Origin: Octopus sinensis
Lineage: Eukaryota
Assembly (NCBI RefSeq): GCF_006345805.1
Contig: NC_043001.1
Location: 74,834,001 to 74,898,000 of the forward strand
DNA: 64,000 nucleotides
Reading direction: 5' to 3'
Shown here: positions 52,678-64,000 of the stretch, piece after piece
Position numbering within the stretch: the first letter of the stretch is position 1
How the letters are laid out: the number at the start of each line of letters is the position of its first letter
Translations under genes and position numbers: made by a program
The notes under the pieces: model-generated
What the model saw: the letters and a program-made list of their open reading frames with translations, nothing else
What the model was told of the DNA's origin: nothing
The model's database searches: none

Positions 52678-52905
52678 TGGAGGCGCGTGGCTTAGTGGTT
52701 AGGGTGTCAGCACTATGATCGTGGACCAGGTGACGCATTGTGTTCTTGAGCAAAACACTTCATTTCACGTTGCTCCAGTCCACTCAGCTGGCAAAAATGA
52801 GTAACGCTGCGATGGACTGGCATCCCGTCCAGCTAGGGAACACATACGCCATGGAAACCGGAAAACCGGGCCCATGAGCCTGACTAGGCTTTAAAAGGGC
52901 CCATA
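52678..52905 (+). mobile_element. Family-2 SINE
   Basis: tRNA head gaggcgcgtggcttagtggttaggg; same body as 19660-19905 and 22985-23232. Confidence 0.85.
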
Positions 52906-53244
52906 TATTATTATTTTTTTTAGTCTGCTCTATTAGAAGTTTACGAACTAGCACTTGAGATAAAAATACCAACAAAATGGGTATTATTCAGGTCCTCACC
53001 ACTAAGGCACCCTGAAGATTGTTCTCATTCTATATCTGACACTTCTTTTGGTTGCTTAGAAACCTCCGGACGAGAGTAAAATGATTTTCCCATCTCCAGA
53101 TAATTGACGGAAAACAGACTGCAATGCTTGAAACAAAGTACACCTGAAAATGCATTGCCGTTTACTGAATACATAGAAAATACTTTTGTAAATGGAATAC
53201 TAAGACGAAATTGAAGACGGTCAAAGCCATTATTTTCAATACCT

Positions 53245-53410
53245 GCATAGTGGCTGTGTGATAAGAAAGTTTGCTTCCTCACGCCATCGTTTTGGGGTCA
53301 ATCCCACTGCATGGCACCTTGGACAAATGTCTTCTACTATAGACTCGGGCCGACCGAATCCTTATGATTTGATCTAGTTAACGGAAACTGAAAGATGCCC
53401 GTCGTATATA
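53245..53410 (+). mobile_element. Family-3 SINE 5' half ending in (TA)n
   Basis: cccactgcatggcaccttggacaaatgtcttctactatag...gaaactgaaagatgcccgtcg. Confidence 0.8.
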
Positions 53411-53416
53411 TATATA

Positions 53417-53465
<49 letters not shown>

Positions 53466-53492
53466 AATATATATATATATAATATATATTAT

Positions 53493-53545
<53 letters not shown>

Positions 53546-56500
53546 GTCAATACCTTTACTCTTCGCTTCTCATCAGCAGAGAACGGTATCTCCTTTCAGA
53601 ATTACGAGCCCTGGATCCTACAACGAACCAGCGTCCCGCTCAATGGAAATGTTGTGATGGAAACGTGCCTGCTTTTTTTATTCTTTCCTAACCATATCTT
53701 CCTTTACAACATTTGTTTGGCTCTTATGAAACCCCCAATGAACCCTAAAATTCCATCTCGTATATAGCCAATACCGTTCTCTGGTATTGGTAGAAAAGCA
53801 GATTGGAATAGTCAGCTGTATGTTTATTCTTAGCATTGAATCCACGTGTGTTTGTTAAACAAACATAACAGTCAATTGCCTAGTTTGTTGGCTTCCGCCA
53901 TATTATTTGTATGCCAAATTGCATGGCCCTTTTCTAAGTGTCCACTCGTGTAGTCTGGTGTAGAAAAATTACTCACGATATGTGAAGTCCATAGCGTATC
54001 TTACTCTCCAATTTGTACTCCAAAGGATGCCATGTTCGCTTTCTTCAAAAATACTGAAATTGATTTCCTTTGCAATGATAGAGTAAATTTCCCACAAATG
54101 TGGGTTATTTTAACATTTTCAGCGACTTGGATGCATAGACAACTAGACAAATGAATAAGAACAAAGTATAAAGTAATAAAAGATTTATAATTGTATCGGA
54201 GGCTTCAATTAACTGATTTTACAATACCAGGAGTCATGTTCATTGAAAGAGCAATGATACACAAATTATTGCAACGTTGTCTTTAATCATGTTTTCAGTT
54301 CTATTCGAAATTTTCACAAAACTGCAAGAAGTTTGAGTGAGTGTAATCATTAGTAAGCAGCATTTTGGCATTAAGATGTGAAAACTGTTACCCGAATTTA
54401 CCCATCGAATGGATAAAACATTTTTCTAACATCATGCATAGATGATTTCTTGCCTTCTCATTTATACATCATTTGAGATTCCAAAAAAAATGATTCGTAA
54501 TTACTGAAGGTTAGCATCTTATGCACGACAAGAAAGCCATAGATTTGCTTAATTTTTTAAAATAAGAGGAAACGTGACGCGAAGGAATAAAATGAATATG
54601 TATTTTGGAGTCACCTCAAAATCTTGAGTCGGAAACATGTACTTGATCAACAGAATCATTTAAGGCTCAAAATTATATTGGCTTTTGTAACTATTGCTAT
54701 TTACCACCGTTTTGCAAACAAAAACAAAAGACAAAAAGACTTGTTGCGTTAATAGTATTTTCTATTGTCTTTCGTCATTCTATCATCAAATCCTTTATCC
54801 TCCTTTCACACTAGAAAATTCTCACCAACATAATTCACAATGAAAGGGGTTTCTATGAGTTTCTATTCTATTGTTATATTTGTCAAATCCCTTTCTTTTA
54901 CCCTTTTCAATTATGTTATTGTTATTTACTTGTTGAACCGTTTCACAAACTGAGCAGCCCATTACGTGGCAATCCTCAAAACCCCAACTTGGAGATTATT
55001 TTTCAGCTGTCGTAACAGATACACTCCTCTAAGCGTCTAACATCTGATCGAATTAATTGCACAAAAGTAGTCGAGAGGAGGAGTGGGGAATCTATGCAGT
55101 GGTTTCACCTGCAAGAATTGTCAGCTAACCCCCTTCCACCGTCTTAAAAAAAAGAAAAGAGAGAAACATTTTAGGTGTGATCAGGGGTACGCCACAATGG
55201 CAACAGCAACAACAACAAAAACAATTCTATGCAGCTGTTTTAAAACACTTCAAAATCATTGTTTTGGCTCTCAAGACCAAAGGAGTGTTGAATGGTTTAA
55301 ACTAGTTTTTTTTTTGTTTTTTTTTAGATATTGAATGGATTTCTAAGGTGTAAGTTATAAGTCATTATCAGATTTGATATGTTTTGGTTTGTTGAAATCA
55401 GCCTATATATTATCCAAGTACAAATTGTGTGACAATTGTACAGTTATCCTGAAGTGATACACTGGAAAAGAAAGAAAGAAAGAAAAGAAGAAAGAAAGGA
55501 AGAAAGGAAGGAAGAAAGAAAGAAAGAAAGAAAGACAGAAGGAAAGAAAGATAGAAAGAAATAAAGAAAAAAAGAAAGAAAGAAAAAAGGAAGAAAGAAA
55601 CGAACATTGGGTTGTGAGATGAATTTGTTCGCTGCCCTGCTTGTCACTTCATCGTGACAAAGGTAAAATTTTATTCAAATTTCAAAAATGACGAATAGAA
55701 GTTGTAGAGAAAGAACATAGCTATAGAATATACGATAAAAATAGTTTCCGTGTTAATTCAAATAACACTGAAAGTGATTAAAATAAATGGGTTGGGGAGG
55801 CGAACGAATTTATCTGACGACCCAATAAATTGCTACTAACAAACTAAAGTTAACAAAAAATGTCACCTAGAAATCTAGTACAACGCTCTTCGAAGTGACT
55901 GAGGTCAAACAACTTAACGATAGGAACAACTTAATCCCTTGCCTGACATAGAATAACCATGTGGTCCATGGACAGCTTTGAGGAGCATTCACACCAAGCC
56001 GCTTGTCTAATGATAACTCTTCTCTTCTTTCCAGTCTTGAACGTCTTGAAAGGAACCCTGAACGCTGCCTTTGCTCCTCTAGTTATGCCATGATAAACAA
56101 AAAGACGTGCCTGCTTTTTTTATTCATTCCTAGCCATCATACCTTCCTTTACAACATCTCTTTGGTTCTTATAAAAGCCCCAATGAACCCTAAAATTCCA
56201 TATCGTATAATTGACCGAGATCACAACATTTCCATTGAACGCTGGTTCGTTGTAGGATCTAAGGCTCGTAATTCTGAAACGAGTTAAGTCGGTTACATCG
56301 ACTTCAATACTCGACTAGTATTTTGTTTTATTGACTTCCAAAGAGATCAAAGGCAGAGTTGACCTTGTTGGTATTTGAACTCAGAATGTACAGAACCAGA
56401 AGAAATACTGCTAAGAATTTTTCCAGTGTGCTAACTAGTCTGCCAACGCATCGCCTTAATAACTTATATAGTCAATACCTTTACTCTTCGTTTCTCATCT

Positions 56501-57022
56501 GCTCAAGAACGACAACTTTGCTACTACACAAGACTAATTATTCTAAAACTGAAGTGTTTAAATCACACTGGTTATAAATAATAAGAACCAGCAGAAACTT
56601 TAGGACGTTGGATGGAATACCTCGTAATAGTAGTTGTTCCTACTTCCTAAGCTCCGAGTTCGAATCTCTTCGAAGACAACTTTGCCTTTCGTCTTTTGAA
56701 ACAATTTATCAACCTCGTATGATTGATTGGCAAACTTATTAGAAAGTTGTCTTGCGGTACTTTTTCCGGGTGTTTGTGTTCTGAGTTGGAATCCTGCCAT
56801 GGCTTAATCTGTCATCCGATTTAACACTACCAACTGGCACTTCGAGTGCCTGTAGTCACTGAACTACGCTTTTGGTTTGAGGATATCTTACTTTCTGATG
56901 AGTTTCCACTACCCTGTAAAAGCTCGTTTTTAGGGAGATGTTAAAAGAGTTTAGAATGGGAATAATAAATAAAGGTCAAACTGATATTATTTTTTAATTT
57001 GTTGCGTTTTTTATGTCTGTAG

Positions 57023-57676
57023 TATATAAATATAAACTTGTTACCAGTTCAAATACGTTTGAGACATTTTCGAACCCGCAAGAAGGACATTCACTGCATT
57101 TTGTCATGGAAAAATATTCGCGCTGTAGACAAAATGGAGTAAATACACCAGATCAGTTTGAGCGCCCTCTATCCAGAGTGATGGATACATGCATTTCAAA
57201 GTAGTTATCTTCACATCAGTATTGGATTCTATAAAAGAGAGACAACTCTGAATTGACTACAAGAGTAAGTCTCTCTTATCAGATTTCAGTCAAAATACTT
57301 TAAATGGTGACACTAACCGGTTGCCCACTGTAGTAAAATACAGATTAGAAGTCCTAAACAATTATTTATATAAATATAAGCTTGTTATCAGTTCAAATAT
57401 GTTTGAGACATATTCTTAGGTTATTCACTTCATTTTGTCATAGAGAAATATTATCGCTATAAGCAAAAAGGTGTACACACACAATGCATCCATCGATCTG
57501 GATAGAGAGCGCTCTGAACTGATCGGGTGTTTTTACGCCTATGTCTACAGCGAGAATATTTCTCCTTGACAAAATATAGTGAAAAGCCTTCTTACGGATT
57601 CAAACCTTATCTCAAACATATTTGAACTGGTAGCAAGTTTATTATTTATATAAATCACAGCTTAGCACTTCTAATC
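57023..57676. repeat. Triplicated ~170-bp module: direct copy (57023-57192), partial direct copy (57343-57470), inverted copy (57484-57676)
   Basis: tatataaatataa.cttg.ta.cagttcaaata.gtttgaga... seen twice forward and once reverse; estimated ~80 percent identity by eye. Confidence 0.85.
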
Positions 57677-58189
57677 AATATTCTAAACTATATAGTTATA
57701 CATCAAACGTACTAGGAAATATATGTTATTTACAGTAATGTAATGTGCAACAATTTCTATTAAACAGAAATTGTAACACCTTACACACTAACCCTTCAAA
57801 TCTCTGGCCTGGTGTCTAAATCAGAAATTCTTATTATTGCTGTTTAGGTTAAGAGTAGTTCAGAAAAGAACCCTTCCAGCCGTAACTATCCCATTTTATG
57901 TTATTTTTTTTTTTGTTTTTATCATTGGACTGCAGCCATGGTGGGACACCACCTTAGAGGATTATTACACCAAAATTATCATTAGTCGATAGTTCTTTAT
58001 ACAAAAAGGATTACTAGAGTATAGTTATTTAGATGTTTTTACATTTTTTGCTTGAGATTCTATAGGCAAAATGTCTTTAGACTATAGTGTATTTATACAA
58101 AAGTCATTTTAGACCAAAGTTCTTTAGACCATAGCGCATTAGACCGAAGTGTCTAAGACAAAATGTCCTAGATCTATATATATATGTAT

Positions 58190-58909
58190 GATGGGCTTCC
58201 TTCAGTTTCCGTTAACTAGATCTACTCACAAGAATTCGGTCGGCTCGAAGCTATAATAGAAGACACTTGTCCAAGGTGCCATGCAGTGGGATTGACCCCA
58301 AAACAATGGGGTGGGGAAGCAAACTTCTTATCACACAGCCACTATATTATCAAATGAATCCTTTCATTTTTAGGTCGGTGAGTTTTGAGCTGTTATTTAA
58401 CAGCTATATCTTTCCGGTCAATGACCCAGTAGAGGCTCTTTCATTACCTTGAATTCAAATTTGCTACGTCAACATAAGTGAATGACCGCTTAGTAAATAC
58501 CATCAAATCAGCTGCATAACCTGATATAAAAATCAATAGCTTATTCTCAGTACATTGACATCTCTTGGTTTTCTCTCTACAATTAACAATTGCCTCAGGA
58601 TAATTGTGAGATTCTTTAGTTTACCACACCTCAAAATAAGAATCTTACTCATGCCTACATGATTAGCTTCATCTACACCTATTCCATATATACAGGAATT
58701 TGTCAAAATAATGGAAGCACCATTTTATTTGGTAATTTTTTTTCTGTTAGAGCAGACATGTTGCGTGGTTAAGAAGCAAGATTTGCAACCACGTGGTTTC
58801 GGGTGCATTTCCCTTGCGTGGCACCTTGGCCAAGTTTCTTCTACTATAGCCCCATACGGATCAATGCCTTGTAAGGGAATTTGGTAGACGGAAACTGAAA
58901 GAAGCCTGT

Positions 58910-58943
<34 letters not shown>

Positions 58944-59170
58944 TGTGTGTGTGTGTGGTGTGTGTGTGTGTGAGTGTGTGTGTGTGTGTCTTTGTACTTG
59001 TGTTTTTCTCAAGCGCTGCTTGTCAACCGGTGTTGGTTTGTATAGAGACAGAGGGAGTATGCACCAGTTTTAAAAGAAAATAAGTACTTGGGTCGATCTG
59101 TTCGACTAAAACCCTTAAAGGTGGTGCTCCAGCATAGTTGCAGTATAGTAACTGGAACAATTAAAAGATT
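58190..59170. mobile_element. Family-3 SINEs (- 58190-58345; + 58745-59170)
   Basis: Diagnostic blocks. Confidence 0.8.
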
Positions 59171-59399
59171 TTTAAAAAATTGTCAATATGACAAATTCAT
59201 AGCCGCTCTAGTTTGTATATATGTGTCTATATGCATTATGTAGGACTTGTACTTCATTATATAACACACTATTTGTTTGTTTGTCTGTTTGCTTGCTTGC
59301 TTGTCTGTCTGTTTGTTTGTTTTTGTAGATATATTTAGAGAACTACAATGCATGACCTATCTGGTTTTCAAAGTAAAAGAAATATATTGGAGCATGGAT

Positions 59400-59770
59400 G
59401 ACTGGAGCTTCAGTCACTAAAACTGCTGAATTTAGAGAGGTACAGTCTCTAAAATCATGTTGGCATTCCAAAACCAAAGTAAAACTAGCTCTGACTAGCA
59501 TAAGTCCGAACAGAAGGAAAAGCTTACGGAGATGGACGTAGAATAATGAAATGTGTTTAAAACTATCGAAGTACAACAGCAAATGCCACAGCAGAGCTAA
59601 ACCACCACCTTGACAACCCTGTGTCAACCAACACCGTTCATTGTGAGCTCCATAATGTTGATACCTTCGGAGGGGTGAAACTGCTAATCTCTCCTGCTCC
59701 TCATCAAGAAAAATGTTGCCTAGACCATCAAAAGTAGTCAATATCTCAATGGAAGAATGTCATCTTTGAT
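59400..59770 (+). mobile_element. Tc1-like transposase N-terminal/HTH remnant
   Basis: DGRRIMKC...TAELNHHLDNPVSTNTVHCELH...QWKNVI resembles Tc1 TAELN.HL..PVST.TVRRELH...W..VIWSDES. Confidence 0.8.
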
Positions 59771-59996
59771 TATTCTCCCTTTACCCTCTGATTATTCTCC
59801 CTTTTTCCTCTGATTATTCTCCCTTGTTTGAAGACAGTCCAGAAAGGTCTTCTCAACCATGAATGAGTAGCTCCTACTGCGAAGCGTGGAGGTGGTTTTC
59901 TGGTGAGTTGGTCAACTATATTACTAACTTCTCTTGGCCCTTTAGTTGTTTCACATGGCAGAGTTCATAATTTTGTTCAGTCTGTGGAGACATGAC

Positions 59997-60373
59997 AGCT
60001 GCAGGATGTTGCCGAAACGATCATCGTGCTGAATAAAAGATTCATACTAAATCCATCTTCCGTTACCTTCATCAATTATAAACTCAACAAACACTGCGGA
60101 TTTTCCGACGTAGATCCAGTGAAATTTGTATCGTAACTATGGATGACATCAGGTAGTTCAAACGGTAAATGTGCTTTAATTAATATACTAATAGACTTTG
60201 GCCCAAAGTCTAAATAGTTACATACATACATGCATACATACATACATACATACAAACATACATACATACATATATATATATATATATTATATATATATAT
60301 ATATACATGTATGTATGTATTTACATACGAATCTATCTATATATATATATACATATATGTGTATGTATGTATG

Positions 60374-60436
<63 letters not shown>

Positions 60437-60508
60437 AATAGCTAGATGGTTAGATAGATACGTATGTATATATATATATGTATACATACACACATTCACA
60501 CATACATG

Positions 60509-60557
<49 letters not shown>

Positions 60558-60814
60558 TTGTATGTATGTATGCATGTATGTATGTACGTACGTAATTATT
60601 TGGACTTTGGCTATATGTCTATTAGTATATTGATTAAAGCACATTTACCGTTTGAACTACCTGATGTCATCCATAGTTACGATATAAATTTCACTGGATC
60701 TACGTCGGAAAATCCGCAGTGTTTGTTGAGTTTATAATTGATGAAGGTAACGGAAGATGGATTTAGTACGAATCTTTATTCAGCACGACGATCGTTTCGG
60801 CCCATCCCGCAGCT
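59997..60814. repeat. Long inverted repeat (~220-270-bp arms, very high identity) around a microsatellite core
   Basis: The ORF track shows the same peptide ([38 protein letters not shown]) on both strands. Confidence 0.95.
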
Positions 60815-61218
60815 ATCCCTTAGATATTGTAAGATATTGTGCATCTAGATCTACTGAGTTCTCCTTGGTATGTTGCTTTTGTCTGTTGCACGCGGGTACA
60901 CTGAAAGAGGGTAGAATAATTTTAGGGTTATAAGCCATAAATGACACTAACATAAATTAAGGTCATAAAGGGAAGAGAATAAAACCTATCAAAGTATGTT
61001 AAAATTAAGAAGGGTGTGTATACACTCCTTCACTTGAACACGTATATAGACGTATATGCACACACGCACGCGCGCGGCCTCATATTTAGATTTCAATAAA
61101 TCTTATTCCATAAGCCTTCACCGCATTTAATAGTGTCTGCATAAATGAATCTACATAATTTTCTGTGTGTGCGTATGAGTGTGCGTGTGTGTGTGCGTGT
61201 GTGCGTGCGTGCGTGCGT

Positions 61219-61306
<88 letters not shown>

Positions 61307-61796
61307 TGTGTGTGTGTGTGTGACGTGCGCTCCTCAAGCTCAAAACAGCGTGAAACAATGGCTGAAATGAATATTAAAAAGAGTTTGCTTGTATGTTAAA
61401 GGCAAGTTACCTAGTGGTTAGCGTATCTCACTACCGCCCTCAAGTTTACGATTTCGATTCTCGGACCAGGTGGTCATTGTGTTCTTATATATATATAAAA
61501 GATAAAGCGTAAATAATGGTCACTATATGTTTTTCTTGATTGTAGTAAATAACTCTTAGCCACGAGAATGCACTTATGTCAATCATAAGATAAGTGCGTT
61601 CTTGTGGTAAGTGTTTTTTTTTTACTGTTATTTCTAGCAATGCTGGTGCTAACTAGTACCCTCAGTGACTTTAGTGTCGAATGTATATATAATGATAAGG
61701 AGAAGGGAGATTTTTTACATTCATAATTTTATTTAATCGAATGAAGAGGAAACACGGCAACCGCCAGGATAGTATATCCCTTTAAACTCAGTTTTG

Positions 61797-61835
<39 letters not shown>

Positions 61836-61849
61836 TACACACACACACT

Positions 61850-61951
<102 letters not shown>

Positions 61952-62049
61952 CTATATATATATATATTATATATACATATATACTTATATATATATATAA
62001 TATATATATATATACGCACACACACAAGCATATACATATATATATATAT

Positions 62050-62548
62050 ATATACACTACACCCTACAAATCACACGCCTCCCCCACCTCCCCACAACAT
62101 TACACCACACCATACTACACTACACCATACAACATTACACATCATATCACAACACACCACCCACACACACATCCCTACATCTCCACACCCACACATACAT
62201 ACACACACACACGTCCAGACCACCAGCCTTCTTTCACACGCACATACAACACGCACACGCACCTTTGTGTTGAGGGCTCCTTCGTATTGGAGGTCATCTT
62301 GACCTTGTTATCTCCCCTACTTCCCCTCTCCCGTCTGACCATTCTGTCCGAAGTCAGACGCCATGATAGATCGTTAGCTACTACACACATTTTTTTCTCT
62401 CCTTGTTTTTTTCTGTGTATCTTTCTGTAGAAGAGCGTAGGCTCGAAACGTAAAAGACTTTTTCTATTCCTGAGCGCTATACTAATACATCTGTTTGTTT
62501 GTACACCACCTGCCTTCGTCTTTTGTTTATTTTCGTAAACTTTCCCTT

Positions 62549-62550
<2 letters not shown>
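62050..62550 (+). mobile_element. Penelope-pLTR-like element with hammerhead-like motif (62420-62457), ending in (TA)n
   Basis: Longest copy of the family in this window. Confidence 0.75.
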
Positions 62551-62642
<92 letters not shown>

Positions 62643-63344
62643 ATATATATATATACATATATACACACACACACACATATATATATACATATATATATAC
62701 ATATATACACACACACACACACACTCACATATTCTAACATATACCTATTAACACACATACATATGTGTGTCTTCATAGGTATTCAGATATACATATAACT
62801 ATATGCAAACTAATGTGCAGAACAGTTCTACGTTTTATGAAACATTCCATAAAATGTATTATTTTACGTTGGTCGATACTTTTCAGGTGACGCTTGTCTA
62901 ATTCGATTGCAGTAGTTTCTGAGAAAAAAATATTTCTCAATGAAATTTAGTAAGCATTAAAAAAAATGCTTGTCGTAACACACCGAGCTTTGTAAGACGG
63001 ATTTTGGAATAGTGACTTCATTTATAAATAATAGAGAAAATAATTCATATGAAGTAAGATACAAGCCTGGGAATACCCAATTTCAATTTCTCAGAAATTC
63101 ATGACATATGAACCCCGGGGGAAGAAAAGATATAGATGACACTGATTTTGCCAGGGTGTTACATGTGGAGTATCTATAGAGTATTCGATTACTATAGAGT
63201 ATTCAGTTACTCATAAATACAATAATTAGGTTTCAGTTGTTTAAACTAGAATCCTCATTCTAAAGATCGATGAAAGATTCATTTGCAGTGTAAAGTTTTG
63301 TGTTATAGACACGCGCTCGCGCGCGCGTATATGTATGTGTATAC

Positions 63345-63700
63345 TCTTTACTCTTTTACTTGTTTCAGTCATTTGAAAGAGGCCATCCTGGAGCAAGTCG
63401 ACCCCAAGACTTTATTTGTTGTAAGCCTAGTACTTATTCTATCAGTCTCGTTTGCCGAACCGCTAAGTTACAGGGACGTCAACACACCAGCATCGGTTGT
63501 CAAGCGATGTTGCACACAAACATATACACACACTCGTTCATACATATATATATACATATGTACGACGGGCTTCTTTCAGTTTCCGTCTACCAAATCAACT
63601 CACAAGGCTTTGGTCGGCCCGAGGCTATAGTAGAAGACACTTGCCCAAGGTGCCACGCAGTGGGACTGAACCCGGAACCATGTGGTTCGTTAGCAAGCTA
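63345..63700 (-). mobile_element. Family-3 SINE, near full length
   Basis: Diagnostic blocks on the minus strand. Confidence 0.85.
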
Positions 63701-64000
63701 CGTTATATATATATCTCTATATATAAAACTGAAATGCGTTTTTACCGCTTGGTTCGCTTTCAATGCCACTACATCCCGTCGGATTCGCTCCAAAATTTAC
63801 AGGGACATGTAGAATGAGGTGACGATGCGCGTGGGCTACCTTAGAAATCCCTATCTTAAAAGGTGTGGTTGCTAGGGGCCATCTTCCTACCTCACCCTAT
63901 TTCCTCCAGTACTCTGTCACTCCTCTTCATTTGACAATGCAACTACCCTTATTTAATGTAAAGTCTTCCTCAAATCACTCTGTCGCTATTTACTCTCTTC

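Overview
AT-rich, microsatellite-dense eukaryotic DNA. The repeat families (tRNA-derived SINEs, R4/Dong, RTE and Tx1 LINEs) suggest an octopus or other coleoid cephalopod; this is an inference. One host gene is well supported: a plus-strand, six-coding-exon ETS transcription factor of the ESE (EHF/ELF5/ELF3-like) type, join(33028..33063,36402..36585,38627..38728,39453..39593,40988..41183,42610..42712), 253 aa, all introns GT-AG and phase-consistent. The rest is mostly decayed mobile DNA: L1/Tx1, R4/Dong and RTE LINE pieces, Tc1 and mariner remnants, a hAT MITE with 8-bp TSD, and dozens of SINEs. The most unusual signal is RNA-structural. (i) A type I hammerhead ribozyme with a canonical core (14500-14546) sits in a 282-bp insert nested in the hAT MITE. 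(ii) A dispersed set of at least 8 minimal hammerhead-like motifs has a non-canonical CUG-U-N-GA-A (or CCGAAGA-A) core, with covarying stems across three unrelated sequence contexts, including a 190-bp palindromic dimer. (iii) Five long fold-back inverted repeats occur, one inside the ETS pre-mRNA. Most ORF-track entries are microsatellite or SINE translations and are not genes. All analysis was by eye; repeat boundaries are approximate and nothing was checked against a database.
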